DNA from: a virus
Length of the DNA stretch: 64,000 bases
IMG/VR virus record: IMGVR_UViG_3300009104_001476
Direction: 5' to 3' (one strand)
Shown: positions 1 through 9,918 of the stretch, piece by piece
Layout: each line of letters opens with the position of its first letter
How positions within the stretch are numbered: position 1 is the stretch's first letter
Translations under genes and position numbers: made by a program
The notes under the pieces: generated by a model
What the model was told of the DNA's origin: nothing
The model's input: only the letters and a program-made list of their open reading frames with translations
The model's database searches: none

Positions 1-33
1 AATAATGAGCTTGTTTGGGGATCAGACCAAGAA

Positions 34-225
34 ATGTTAGCCCTTTACAGAGAGAACAATATTGATGATAAAGATTTATATTATTGTGGTTACGATGATC
101 AAAAAAATTATATACCAAGAGATGATAAAGGTTTTTTCATAGGGGTACAGGTTGACGAGAACGATAAAATAACTAAAGAGAATTCAATATTAGCATTAGA
201 AATGTTAGAGGAGATGAACCTATGA
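34..225 (+). CDS. hypothetical protein (probably the C-terminal part of a gene starting upstream of the window)
   Basis: ORF track; overlaps next start (ATGA). Confidence 0.5.
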   Translation: MLALYRENNIDDKDLYYCGYDDQKNYIPRDDKGFFIGVQVDENDKITKENSILALEMLEEMNL

Positions 226-914
226 TTAAAAATTGGAAATACGGGCCATGCTATGGAGCAGGAAGGCCCTTTATAAAAGAATACATAAAAGAAAATAATT
301 TTAATACTATAGACGTTGGTGCGTCAGCACGTTATTGGTCTTACCCCGAGTGTAAAGTCGTTGTGGATAGTTATCACCCAAATTATTTTGCGCAAGCACT
401 CGGCCGCCCAAATCCTAATTATCAAGATGTTTTATTTTTCGATTTAAATATCGAAGATGTGGACAGTTGGAACGAGATATTAGAGTACGTAGACGATAAT
501 GATAAGTTCGATTTTTCGATTTGCTCACATACATTAGAGGATGTTTTCAATCCGATTGACCTCGCTCGGATGTTGGAAAAAGTATCACATCGAGGCTACA
601 TCGCAGTGCCTTCAAAATATGATGAACTTACAAACCTCTTTGGCCACCCTTACAGGGGTAACGCGCATCATAAGCAAATATTTGACGTTGTTGAGGATGA
701 ATTAGTTATATATCCTAAATTCTCTTGGATAGAAACGGATGGAAGAAGTGATAAAATTGTAGAAAATTCTTTGGGTCCTGAATTAGAATTGACATGGGAG
801 GGGGAAATTCCGATAAAGGTATTTCCCTCGCTGCCGCCCAATCTCGCCGGCCATGGAGGTGATGAAGGATTAATAAATAGATATTACCAAGAGCTAATGA
901 TGAAAAGAAAATAA
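222..914 (+). CDS. SAM-dependent methyltransferase-like protein
   Basis: IDVGAS motif-I-like segment and FDFSICSHTLED / RGYIAVP segments typical of class I MTase folds. Confidence 0.6.
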   Translation: MIKNWKYGPCYGAGRPFIKEYIKENNFNTIDVGASARYWSYPECKVVVDSYHPNYFAQALGRPNPNYQDVLFFDLNIEDVDSWNEILEYVDDNDKFDFSICSHTLEDVFNPIDLARMLEKVSHRGYIAVPSKYDELTNLFGHPYRGNAHHKQIFDVVEDELVIYPKFSWIETDGRSDKIVENSLGPELELTWEGEIPIKVFPSLPPNLAGHGGDEGLINRYYQELMMKRK

Positions 915-921
915 AAATATT

Positions 922-1974
922 ATGAAAACTATAAAAGTGTCTAGACAGGGGTTCGCTAACTTTGGGTGTCATAGTTGGCTTAGATATATTATGTTTGTTT
1001 TATCTAAAAAATACAACGTTATAATTGACGCCGTTAATCCAGATTTAATTTTGCAAACGAATTGGCAAGTTGATTATAACGAGGTAGATCCTCAAACCAA
1101 AGAGTTACCTACAGATTTTAAACCAGAAGAAAATAAAAACATAAAATTCTTACGTGTTACAGGGGAAGCGGGTGCGGATTCCTTCGCACTTAAAGATGAG
1201 AATGTTTGGATTATGGACTATCAAAATCTTGATCACCCTAGACATTTAAGGCAACCGTCAGGAGCTTTTGATGTATGGACTATGTTTGACGAGGCTAGAG
1301 TGGTGGATTCTCCTTTGTCTTGGTTGACAGAAAAAAGAGATTATGAAAAAATTAAAGATAGAAATACGGGCCTCTGTTGCGTAACTCAAAATAGTAATAG
1401 TGACCTTAGGGCAAAAATATTTGATAAACTTAGTGAATATAAACAGGTTGTATCTTCTGGTGCTTGGAGAGGTAATGCGGCAGTAGAAGACAAAGACCAG
1501 AATGGAAACATATCAGCACGGAAATGGGGTGACAATCCTATATATAGGGGTAGACATGACGGTTTAGTTTATAAGGAAAAAATAGAATTTTCTAATAACT
1601 ATAAGTTTTTCATGGCTATTCATTGGACAGATACAGACTATATTCTTCAAGAGAAAATTTATCATGGGTTTTTCTCAGGGTGCATACCCTTGTTTTATGG
1701 TAATAAATATATTTCTGAAGTGGATAAGTTTAATCCCGATTCTTTTATTAATCTTCATGATTATTGTTCTTCAGAACAAGGGAAAATACAAGATTGGAAA
1801 AATTATCAAGATATAGACCTTGATAAACTTTTAGAAGACGTGAAAGAGATTGATACTAATGAATCTTTACGTAAAAAATATATAGAGGCTCCTATATTCA
1901 TAGACAATAAACTTCCGGATTATTATAGCTTCGATTACGTTTTAGACTTCTTAGAGAGAATGATAGAGAGTTAG
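922..1974 (+). CDS. glycosyltransferase family 10 (alpha-1,3-fucosyltransferase-like)
   Basis: KEKIEFSNNYKFFMAI...DYILQEKIYHGFFSGCIPLFYG resembles the GT10 alpha-1,3-FucT motif. Confidence 0.8.
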   Translation: MKTIKVSRQGFANFGCHSWLRYIMFVLSKKYNVIIDAVNPDLILQTNWQVDYNEVDPQTKELPTDFKPEENKNIKFLRVTGEAGADSFALKDENVWIMDYQNLDHPRHLRQPSGAFDVWTMFDEARVVDSPLSWLTEKRDYEKIKDRNTGLCCVTQNSNSDLRAKIFDKLSEYKQVVSSGAWRGNAAVEDKDQNGNISARKWGDNPIYRGRHDGLVYKEKIEFSNNYKFFMAIHWTDTDYILQEKIYHGFFSGCIPLFYGNKYISEVDKFNPDSFINLHDYCSSEQGKIQDWKNYQDIDLDKLLEDVKEIDTNESLRKKYIEAPIFIDNKLPDYYSFDYVLDFLERMIES

Positions 1975-1982
1975 CTTGGAGA

Positions 1983-2978
1983 ATGAACATTTTAATAACA
2001 GGAGTGGCGGGTCTTTTAGGCTCTAGATTAGCGGATTGGATAATAGAAAATACCGATAATAAAGTTATTGGTATTGATGATTTAAGTGGTGGCTATATAG
2101 AAAACGTGAACCCAAAGGTCGAATTTCATGAATTTAATTTAATAGACTTAAATAAAGTCGATGAGATTTTTAAAAATAACCATATAGATATAGTCTATCA
2201 CTTTGCGGCTTACGCTGCGGAAGGATTAAGTCCCTTTATTAGAAAATTCAATTATGAAAATAATTTGATTTCGTCTGTGAACTTAATTACAAGCAGTATA
2301 AAATATAATATATCCAGATTTGTATTTGCTAGCTCTATGGCTGTGTACGGAGATGAACATAAGCCCCCATTTGACGAGGAGTTAACGTTAAGACCCATAG
2401 ACCCCTATGGAGTAGCAAAGTATTCCGTAGAACAAGATTTAAAAATAGCGCATGAGCAGCACGGTTTAAACTATACGATTGTTAGACCTCATAATTTTTA
2501 CGGCGTTAATCAAAACATTTGGGATAAGTATAGAAACGTATTAGGTATCTGGATGTATCAAATCATGAACGGGATGCGACCAACGATCTTTGGTGATGGC
2601 TCGCAGAAGAGAGCATTCAGCTACGTAGACGATTCAATTATCCCCCTTTGGAATGCCTCTCAGAAAGATGATTGCGTAGGCCATGTTATAAACCTAGGAG
2701 GAATAGAAGAGTGCTCTATACAGGAAGCCTGCAATACCGTGTTAAAAGTTACAGGGACCGAACTGAAGCCCTCTTACCATGAATACAGGCATGAAACTAA
2801 ATATGCTTGGTCTACTTGGCGCAAATCCGCAGAATTACTTGATTTTAAATACGAGACAAGCCTAGAAGAGGGTCTTACGAAGACATGGGTTTGGGCTCAG
2901 GCTCAGCCCAATAGAGAAAGGTTCATTTGGCCCAGCTATGAATTAGAGAAAGGCGTTTACTCTTACTGGAAAAGATAA
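1983..2978 (+). CDS. NAD-dependent nucleotide-sugar epimerase/dehydratase
   Basis: ITGVAGLLGS Rossmann motif, HFAA, YGVAK (YxxxK). Confidence 0.92.
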   Translation: MNILITGVAGLLGSRLADWIIENTDNKVIGIDDLSGGYIENVNPKVEFHEFNLIDLNKVDEIFKNNHIDIVYHFAAYAAEGLSPFIRKFNYENNLISSVNLITSSIKYNISRFVFASSMAVYGDEHKPPFDEELTLRPIDPYGVAKYSVEQDLKIAHEQHGLNYTIVRPHNFYGVNQNIWDKYRNVLGIWMYQIMNGMRPTIFGDGSQKRAFSYVDDSIIPLWNASQKDDCVGHVINLGGIEECSIQEACNTVLKVTGTELKPSYHEYRHETKYAWSTWRKSAELLDFKYETSLEEGLTKTWVWAQAQPNRERFIWPSYELEKGVYSYWKR

Positions 2979-2994
2979 CTCCATAATGGGGGGC

Positions 2995-3324
2995 TCAATT
3001 TACGTTTCGGATACTTTTAATCTGACCCAGTAAATTTGGAGTATTTTCGCATCTAATGTAAGGAACCTGTATTGTCATAGGGTAATTTAACTCAGTGTCT
3101 ATTCTAACTCCCTCTATCTTCCATTCTGGTTGGACAAAGTCATCCACAAAGTCAAACCAGCCCTTCTCTTTGAGGAAGTTATAGTAAAAATCTTCTGCCT
3201 TTTTTTCTGCCTCAATGACTACAGAATATCTCAGGGTCTGCTTAGCCTCCATAGTTACGTGGCGAAAGAATAACCCTTCTGACGGAGGGTCGGTGCTTAA
3301 TTTTGCGGAGATTATTAGATTCAT
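2995..3324 (-). CDS. hypothetical protein
   Basis: ORF coupled to 3321..3962. Confidence 0.7.
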   Translation of the reverse strand: MNLIISAKLSTDPPSEGLFFRHVTMEAKQTLRYSVVIEAEKKAEDFYYNFLKEKGWFDFVDDFVQPEWKIEGVRIDTELNYPMTIQVPYIRCENTPNLLGQIKSIRNVN

Positions 3325-3962
3325 TTATCTGAATTATAAAAATAATAAGGACTGTTGCCGTAAGTTCTATCTATATCTTCTGACGTCATTTGATCGCTGA
3401 AGATTTTGATTTTAGGTACATTATCTTTATCGTAAGGTACGATAAAGTCTGGGTTATGCCACCTTAATAGGTTGTTGGGTGGGATGCATAGGTTGCCATC
3501 GTCCAAAGCTATGAGGTGATAACATTTACTGTCTTGGTCATTAGAGTAACCCACGTTAAGTTCATTTAAATCTCCTTCGTAATCATCTATTGTAGTAATG
3601 TATTTCCCGCTTCTCCACACCTTATCTCTACAATGGACGTCTACTTTTTTATTTTGCAGGAAAGAGAAAGTTGTGACTGCTATATTGTTTGATTGGCAAT
3701 CCCAAGTTTGCAATAGGGAGAGCCTGCGCTCTTCGTCTTCTGATAATACATCAAAATCTTTTTTGTGACAAAACGCGGAGATTGGCATCATCCAAAAGTT
3801 CGCGCCAAAGTTCGATTGAAAATGAAAATGCATAGGTCTATTGATCATAGACTTGCAGCCGAATATATAACCTTCCGTTACTCCTCCATCGTCTTTAGGA
3901 AATATATATTTATTTCTTATAAAACATTGGACGTATGGTAAGTTAGCGTTTAGTTGACCCAT
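3321..3962 (-). CDS. hypothetical phage protein
   Basis: 213-aa ORF, divergent from 4015, GTGTAA motif 8 nt before ATG. Confidence 0.75.
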   Translation of the reverse strand: MGQLNANLPYVQCFIRNKYIFPKDDGGVTEGYIFGCKSMINRPMHFHFQSNFGANFWMMPISAFCHKKDFDVLSEDEERRLSLLQTWDCQSNNIAVTTFSFLQNKKVDVHCRDKVWRSGKYITTIDDYEGDLNELNVGYSNDQDSKCYHLIALDDGNLCIPPNNLLRWHNPDFIVPYDKDNVPKIKIFSDQMTSEDIDRTYGNSPYYFYNSDK

Positions 3963-3968
3963 GTTAGT

Positions 3969-3993
3969 AATTACACGGTTAAAAGGTGTAATT
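3969..3993. promoter_or_regulatory. divergent pair of GTGTAATT motifs between divergent genes
   Basis: AATTACAC 3969-3976 and GTGTAATT 3986-3993. Confidence 0.55.
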
Positions 3994-4014
3994 TATTTGA
4001 AGCTCCCCCACTAG

Positions 4015-4335
4015 ATGAAAGCAATACTGAAGAACCAGATAAAAAGAATAACGAAGAAGGCTCAAGAGGTAGGTCTTAGGGTAAAAATTCAAGAGTCTTT
4101 AGACAATCCTGAGATAATTATGATTGGTTGTCCCAAAAATAAGAAGGTCGTTATGCTCGTGGTGGATCAACTTTCTAGAGCGACAAAAAATACGTTGAGA
4201 GCTTTTACTATTAATTTAAAGAAATGGAACTGGGCAGAGGCTGAAGGGTTTACAGATAAAGACCTAATAGGAACGCTTTCTGATCAAGTGTTTAAAGAAA
4301 TTAAGCTCTCTGAAATAGTCCAAAAACTATCATAA
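4015..4335 (+). CDS. hypothetical protein
   Basis: ORF track. Confidence 0.65.
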   Translation: MKAILKNQIKRITKKAQEVGLRVKIQESLDNPEIIMIGCPKNKKVVMLVVDQLSRATKNTLRAFTINLKKWNWAEAEGFTDKDLIGTLSDQVFKEIKLSEIVQKLS

Positions 4336-4394
4336 GGCTAGTGTCTCCTTTTAAATAAAAATTTGTTTTTCATATCTCCATGTTTATAATAAAC

Positions 4395-4547
4395 ATGAGG
4401 GTCAAGAAGGATAAATACTATGTTATTGTAAATAATAAAAATTATGTGCAAGGAGCCTTCCCCTTTACTGAAGAAGGAAAGAAAGAGGCCCAGAAATACT
4501 TAAGAAAAATAAATAAAAATAAAGAATATCACATTGAAGAAAGATAA
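4395..4547 (+). CDS. small hypothetical protein (50 aa, MRVKKDKYY...)
   Basis: Read manually; TATAAT at 4385-4390 just upstream. Confidence 0.5.
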   Translation: MRVKKDKYYVIVNNKNYVQGAFPFTEEGKKEAQKYLRKINKNKEYHIEER

Positions 4548-4643
4548 GCCATTATTCGTCATAATGTCTGATTATGTGTGAGCCGCTCGCATTTATTTTC
4601 TGTACAGACAAGCGGCTTGCTGGTAGATTGGGGTTGAAGTCAG

Positions 4644-4931
4644 ATGACAAAAAAAGAAATAAAAAAACAAGAAGAGTACCTGAGTCGTCAGTCGGAAATT
4701 TTGAACGAGAGTTTAGATTTTTGGCAGATTAAGACTTTAGAACAAGTTAACTGGGTCGATCAGATGCAGAAAAAATCTCATCTTGAAGATGATGATTTCT
4801 TTGCTGACTCCCCTCAAGATGAGGCGACTAAAGAGTTAGATTATTGTATGATGAAACTTCAATGGGAGAATAGTCAAATGAATAATCTTGACAATAAGAT
4901 ACAATACTTTTTAAAAGAAAAAAATAAATGA
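4644..4931 (+). CDS. hypothetical protein
   Basis: ORF track. Confidence 0.65.
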   Translation: MTKKEIKKQEEYLSRQSEILNESLDFWQIKTLEQVNWVDQMQKKSHLEDDDFFADSPQDEATKELDYCMMKLQWENSQMNNLDNKIQYFLKEKNK

Positions 4932-5512
4932 CCTTTGATTACGTTACGTGTGAGTACCCTTTGCCCTTACCAGAAGAAGAGCGGGAGAATTTCGAAGAGA
5001 TCGATTGGTCACAGTTCGAATTTCAAACTAACGCTTTTCTTTTATCTAAAGAAGGAGAAGAATTTTTCGGTATAGATTCTTACGCTATTGATACCGAAGG
5101 CGAAATTTATAAGCAGGTGATGGACAGGCATTATGAAGAGGACGCTCATGGGCTTTTAGATGTTAAAGAGAGTTTTAGAGGTGTGGAAAGGGTAGATTAT
5201 ACGGGAGAATTAAGCTTTAATGGGCTTCACATACATGAGAAGTATGATTATTTTTTAGAGTTTAAAGCCCTTTTTTGGAAGGGGGATCTTAAAGAGCTAT
5301 CTTTAGCGGACTGGAAAAAGGAAGACAATTTTGATAGAGTGAAAGCTCAAAAAACTCTGGAGGAGAAATTCAAAAACGCTCAGAGGAAAGACGCTGGTTT
5401 ATTAAAAAAGTTTTGGAATAACTTAATAAAGTTCCCTCTAATGATTGTTAGATATATTTTAGCTGTCTTAATGAAGGTCTCTTATACCATAGAAAGGTGG
5501 TTTTCTCTTTAA
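4928..5512 (+). CDS. hypothetical phage protein
   Basis: ORF track; FDYVTCEYPLP...FQT start. Confidence 0.7.
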   Translation: MTFDYVTCEYPLPLPEEERENFEEIDWSQFEFQTNAFLLSKEGEEFFGIDSYAIDTEGEIYKQVMDRHYEEDAHGLLDVKESFRGVERVDYTGELSFNGLHIHEKYDYFLEFKALFWKGDLKELSLADWKKEDNFDRVKAQKTLEEKFKNAQRKDAGLLKKFWNNLIKFPLMIVRYILAVLMKVSYTIERWFSL

Positions 5513-5552
5513 AAAAACTTGCAAAATGATATTATAAATTTATAATATATAA

Positions 5553-6110
5553 ATGAGGTTAGATCATATAGCTTACAGATCTAAAGATCGTAATAAGACC
5601 GCAGAATTCTTCGCGGACACCCTTGGTTATACAATAGGCACAGAGTTTCAGGTAAAGTTTGATGACGGAGGGAAAGCCGACTGTTTAGCCTTAGTTCCGC
5701 CAGAGAATAGAACTGAAGAAACTAACCTCTGGAGACTCGAGACCTATCTCTCCATGAACGAAATTGAAACGGAAAGTCCCGTAGAATATCATGCTCCACC
5801 TGAAATTTTTGTTAGTGACGGCCCTGAAGGGAGTATTGTGGGTGATTGGGTTGCCGATCGCGGTGGCGTTGGCGGTATTCATCACATCGCTTATCAAGTG
5901 GAAGATGTGGAAAGAACAATGAAGGAGTGGAAGGGCAAGGGGTATGCTGAATTTTATTCAGAAGAACCTATGACTTGTCCCGGCCTTACTCAAGTTTTTA
6001 CAAAACCATCCGAATTAACAGGAGTTATTTATGAGCTTATATCTAGAGAAGGTAAAGGGTTTTGCGAGCTTAATGTTAAAGGACTTATGCAAAGCACTAA
6101 AGGAGAGTAA
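5553..6110 (+). CDS. VOC/glyoxalase-superfamily metalloenzyme
   Basis: LDHIAY, GGIHHIAYQVEDV, YELI metal-ligand pattern. Confidence 0.8.
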   Translation: MRLDHIAYRSKDRNKTAEFFADTLGYTIGTEFQVKFDDGGKADCLALVPPENRTEETNLWRLETYLSMNEIETESPVEYHAPPEIFVSDGPEGSIVGDWVADRGGVGGIHHIAYQVEDVERTMKEWKGKGYAEFYSEEPMTCPGLTQVFTKPSELTGVIYELISREGKGFCELNVKGLMQSTKGE

Positions 6111-6111
6111 C

Positions 6112-7641
6112 ATGAGAGATTTCGAAGGTAGAAATTACATAAACGGAGAGTGGCGAGCTACTTCCGAAATGTATACAAAAATTAATCCGTCAACGGGTAA
6201 AGCTCAAGGGGCGTTTCCGTCAAGCGGCCCAAGTGAAGTTTCTAAAGCTGTACTGTCTGCGAGAAAAGCTTTTAAAAAATGGAGAAAGGTTAGCAGGTTT
6301 GTTCGTTCTGATTATATGAACAAGGTCGCTCAAATTATTGAAAGAGATAAAGAAAAGTTGGCTAAAATCATATCTTTAGAAACGGGTAAAAATTATAATG
6401 AAAGCATCGCAGAGGTTAATGAGGCTTTGCATATGGCTCAATTTGCTTTCGGCTCTGGTCGTTATAGCCATGGAGAGGCAGTATCTTCAGAGATTGAAGA
6501 TAAAGATGCTTACATGCTTAGGAAGCCTAAAGGTGTAATAGCTATCGTAACTCCTTTCAACTTTCCTCTGGCAATAGGTATGTTTTGGAACGCTGCACCA
6601 GCATTGGTGGAAGGAAATACAATAGTAATTAAACCAAGTGAAGATGCTCCGATGTCAACTCAAGCGGCTGTTCAAATTTATGCGGAAGCTGGTATCCCAC
6701 GTGGAGTCATTAATTTGGTGCATGGTGACGGTACTACTGGCAACCTTTTGGTTCATGATGATGTTGATCATATTTGTTTTACTGGTAGTGCCGATGTCGG
6801 ACAGCATATTCGTAAAGTGGCTGCAGAGTCTTGGCATAAGACTACCTCTTGTGAACTAGGCAGCAAATCTGCTTGCATCATTTTTGATGACGTTGAATTT
6901 AAATTAAGCATGGAGGCTGCGATCGCAAGCGCTTTTAAATTATCAGGGCAACGGTGTGTCTCTTCTGGTAGAATGATAGTGCAAAGAACTATCTATAGCG
7001 AGTTCGCAAAAAGATTTGCGGAGGAGGCGGCAAAATTAAAGACAGGGAATCCATTCAAGTCCATGCTTGGCACCTCAGGCTGCCCAGATGGTATGGTTTG
7101 GGAAGAGCTTGTGGCTGACGAAGACGTTTATTATGGTCCGATTATAAATGAGCAAGGGTTTTCTAAAATTAGGAGCATGAATAAAATGGTTATAGATGAC
7201 CCAGAAGCCGAAGTCCTTTTAGCTCCAGCTTACACCGGAGACCATAAATCTTATTACTCTACCCCAATGGTATATAAAACCGAGTGGAGAGACGTAAAGT
7301 ATTTAAAAAATGAGGTGTTTGGTCCTCACGTGGCGATTATCCCTTTTGATACGATGGAAGATGCGATTCGTATTTATAACGATACAGATTACGGTCTTGC
7401 GGTTGGGATTTTAACTAACGATTTTAGAAAAGCGAGAGTTATGAGGGACGAATGTGACGCAGGTATGATCTATTGGAATGGCGGGTCAATCGCAGCGGAA
7501 TCTCACTTAGCTTTTGGAGGAGTTAAGAAGTCCGGAAACGGATTCCCAAGCGCGGCCAGAACTTTTAGAGCAGTTACTCATGAAATAAGCTGGACTGTGA
7601 ACCATGCAGATGCTCTAACTTTTCCTCAGGGGATGAAGTGA
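6112..7641 (+). CDS. aldehyde dehydrogenase (semialdehyde dehydrogenase-like)
   Basis: ITPFNFP, IKPSE, FTGS, CELGSK, SGQRC catalytic Cys, EVFGP, FGGVKKSG; start chosen after AAGGAG. Confidence 0.95.
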   Translation: MRDFEGRNYINGEWRATSEMYTKINPSTGKAQGAFPSSGPSEVSKAVLSARKAFKKWRKVSRFVRSDYMNKVAQIIERDKEKLAKIISLETGKNYNESIAEVNEALHMAQFAFGSGRYSHGEAVSSEIEDKDAYMLRKPKGVIAIVTPFNFPLAIGMFWNAAPALVEGNTIVIKPSEDAPMSTQAAVQIYAEAGIPRGVINLVHGDGTTGNLLVHDDVDHICFTGSADVGQHIRKVAAESWHKTTSCELGSKSACIIFDDVEFKLSMEAAIASAFKLSGQRCVSSGRMIVQRTIYSEFAKRFAEEAAKLKTGNPFKSMLGTSGCPDGMVWEELVADEDVYYGPIINEQGFSKIRSMNKMVIDDPEAEVLLAPAYTGDHKSYYSTPMVYKTEWRDVKYLKNEVFGPHVAIIPFDTMEDAIRIYNDTDYGLAVGILTNDFRKARVMRDECDAGMIYWNGGSIAAESHLAFGGVKKSGNGFPSAARTFRAVTHEISWTVNHADALTFPQGMK

Positions 7642-8087
7642 TGAATGGAAAGGGAGATAAACCAAGACCTATGAATTTCAAAAGGTATCATCAAAATTAT
7701 GATGCTATTTTTAGTAAAAAAAAAGGAAAGAAAATGGAATTCCATATAGCGACAAAAGGAACGAAAGAGGATCAAAAACCTGTCGTCCTCGTAGACATTG
7801 ACGAAACTATTTGTTTTTACTCTGGTAATCGTAGATACGACCTAGCTGAACCGAGTAAAGAAAACATCGGCAAAATAAACAAGATGTATGACGAAGGGTG
7901 GAAAGTTATATATTGGACAGCTAGAGGTTCCGTATCAAAAAAAGATTATTATCAATACACTTGGGATCAGTTGGAGTCTTGGGGCTGTAAGTTCCATGAC
8001 TTATCTACAGGTACAGGAGGAACACACCCAAAACCTAATTATGATTTAGTTATTGACGATAAAGCAAAAAGAATAGAGGAAATATAA
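7638..8087 (+). CDS. HAD-superfamily phosphatase (capsule-biosynthesis type); catalytic domain may start at 7734
   Basis: VDIDETIC, YWTARG, KPNYDLVIDDKA. Confidence 0.8.
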   Translation: MMNGKGDKPRPMNFKRYHQNYDAIFSKKKGKKMEFHIATKGTKEDQKPVVLVDIDETICFYSGNRRYDLAEPSKENIGKINKMYDEGWKVIYWTARGSVSKKDYYQYTWDQLESWGCKFHDLSTGTGGTHPKPNYDLVIDDKAKRIEEI

Positions 8088-8089
8088 TT

Positions 8090-8194
8090 ATGGCTAACAA
8101 AGAAAAGAGAAAAAAAGAAAAAAAGAAACCTGCTAAAAAGACACCAGCGGAAAAAAGAAAAGAGAAGAGAGAAAAGAAAAGAAGAGGCAAGTAA
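8090..8194 (+). CDS. 34-aa very basic peptide
   Basis: Manual translation MANKEKRKKEKKKPAKKTPAEKRKEKREKKRRGK; abuts next ATG. Confidence 0.5.
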   Translation: MANKEKRKKEKKKPAKKTPAEKRKEKREKKRRGK

Positions 8195-9289
8195 ATGAGA
8201 GCTTATGTTCTAGGAGTCGGCAGGATGGGAACAGCCATTGCTTGGGCGATGGATAAATTAGGTTTTGAAGTGACAGGTATGGACACTAACCCTGACGCCG
8301 CAAACAATATGACAGGCTCTTTTTTTGTTGTTGATGACGCGGATGATATTTGTAAAGGCATCGTAGCAAACGGTCCAAGGCCAGACATTGTTATTAGCAG
8401 CTTGCCTTACCACCAAACGGAAGTGGTAGGCAAGTGGTGCGTAGATAACGAAGTACGCTATTGCGACTTAGGCGGCAGAGTAGATGTCTCGAAAAATATT
8501 AATGATCACGCCGAGCAGTTTGCGACTCGACCAGTTTTCACAGATTTAGGCTTAGCTCCCGGCTGGGTAAATATATTAGCCGAAGAGGGATGCAGGAAAT
8601 TCCATGGCTCTGCTGAAGAAGTTAAAATGATGGTCGGGGGCTTACCCGACTATTTAGAGAGCTCGAATAATCCATTGCGTTACGCACTTACTTGGTCTGT
8701 TGATGGATTGATCAATGAATATAGAGACGATTGCCTTATCCTTGAAGACGGAGAAGTAAAAACTGTAAAAGGAATGTCTGGGGTAGAACAGATAGAGGGC
8801 GAAAAGTTTGGACCCATGGAGGCTTTTTATACAAGTGGTGGCGCGTCACATTCAATTCACGACATGCAACGAAGAGGAGTTAAGAATTGCTCCTATAAAA
8901 CCATAAGGTACAGGGGTCATGGAGATATGGTTAGATTTTTGATTAGAGATTGCGATCTAGACGATGGAGCGTTAACTAAAATTTTCCGAGAAGGTTGCGG
9001 TACGGTAGATAAAGACGAGGTGTTTATCGTAGCAGAAGTGAAGGGCGGGGATAAAACTTGGAGACAGGAGAAGGTGATCAAATCTGACGAACAATTTTCA
9101 GCCATGCAAAAAGCTACGGCGTTTTCCATTTCCTCTGTAGCAGCGATTATGGCTCAAGGAAAGCTAGAGGGGAACATGGAACAGCGTAGAGACTATTGGA
9201 CTCAGTACCCAGCGGCCTTATCTTATGATAATGTGCCTTTTAATGAATTTAATAATAACTTAGAAAGATTATTGACTAGTGCTTTATAA
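8195..9289 (+). CDS. saccharopine dehydrogenase / lysine 6-dehydrogenase family
   Basis: VLGVGRMG, YCDLGG, DLGLAPG, VGGLP, WSVDGLINEY, EAFYTSGG, YKTIRYRGH. Confidence 0.9.
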   Translation: MRAYVLGVGRMGTAIAWAMDKLGFEVTGMDTNPDAANNMTGSFFVVDDADDICKGIVANGPRPDIVISSLPYHQTEVVGKWCVDNEVRYCDLGGRVDVSKNINDHAEQFATRPVFTDLGLAPGWVNILAEEGCRKFHGSAEEVKMMVGGLPDYLESSNNPLRYALTWSVDGLINEYRDDCLILEDGEVKTVKGMSGVEQIEGEKFGPMEAFYTSGGASHSIHDMQRRGVKNCSYKTIRYRGHGDMVRFLIRDCDLDDGALTKIFREGCGTVDKDEVFIVAEVKGGDKTWRQEKVIKSDEQFSAMQKATAFSISSVAAIMAQGKLEGNMEQRRDYWTQYPAALSYDNVPFNEFNNNLERLLTSAL

Positions 9290-9306
9290 AAGTATATCTT
9301 TTCCAG

Positions 9307-9918
9307 ATGATTAATTATTGCGATTTCTCAGAAAAAGAACTAATAAGTAAATCTGTAGAAGGTGAGAAAAAAGCCTTTGAAGAACTCTTGTCTAGAAATA
9401 AAGGCAGGGTAGAGGGGTGGATTTTATCATTCACCAAGCAGTCTGAAATTGTTCAGGATATTTTTCAAATAACTTCTCTAAAAGCTTGGAGATTCTTAGA
9501 TAAATTTAGAGGTGATTGCAAATTCAGCACTTGGATGTGCAATATTGCTAGAAATAGTTATTATGATTTTTATAGGGCGAAGCAAAGACGTCCAGAGATT
9601 TCTTTAGATGCCCTATTAGAGGAACAGAAGAAGAATGGAGGAGCTTTTGAGTTTTATAATTGTGAGACAGAAGAGCATCCGAGAAATAAAGAACAAGATT
9701 CAAATTATTATTTAACTGAAATAAGTAAAAAATTGGAGTTTTTAGACCCAAGACATAGAGACCCATTGATAATGTTTGTTGGAGAAGGCTTAGAGTATTC
9801 TGAAATTGCGGAGAAGTTGAATTGTCCGGTGGGGACTGTAATGTCTAGAATTTTTTACGCTAGAAAAAAAGCCCAAAAGATTTTGAGTCCTTTGAGAAAT
9901 GAGCTTATCACAAAATAG
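9307..9918 (+). CDS. ECF-type sigma-70 factor
   Basis: FRGDCKFSTWMCNIARN region 2; YSEIAEKLNCPVGTVMSRIFYAR region 4. Confidence 0.92.
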   Translation: MINYCDFSEKELISKSVEGEKKAFEELLSRNKGRVEGWILSFTKQSEIVQDIFQITSLKAWRFLDKFRGDCKFSTWMCNIARNSYYDFYRAKQRRPEISLDALLEEQKKNGGAFEFYNCETEEHPRNKEQDSNYYLTEISKKLEFLDPRHRDPLIMFVGEGLEYSEIAEKLNCPVGTVMSRIFYARKKAQKILSPLRNELITK

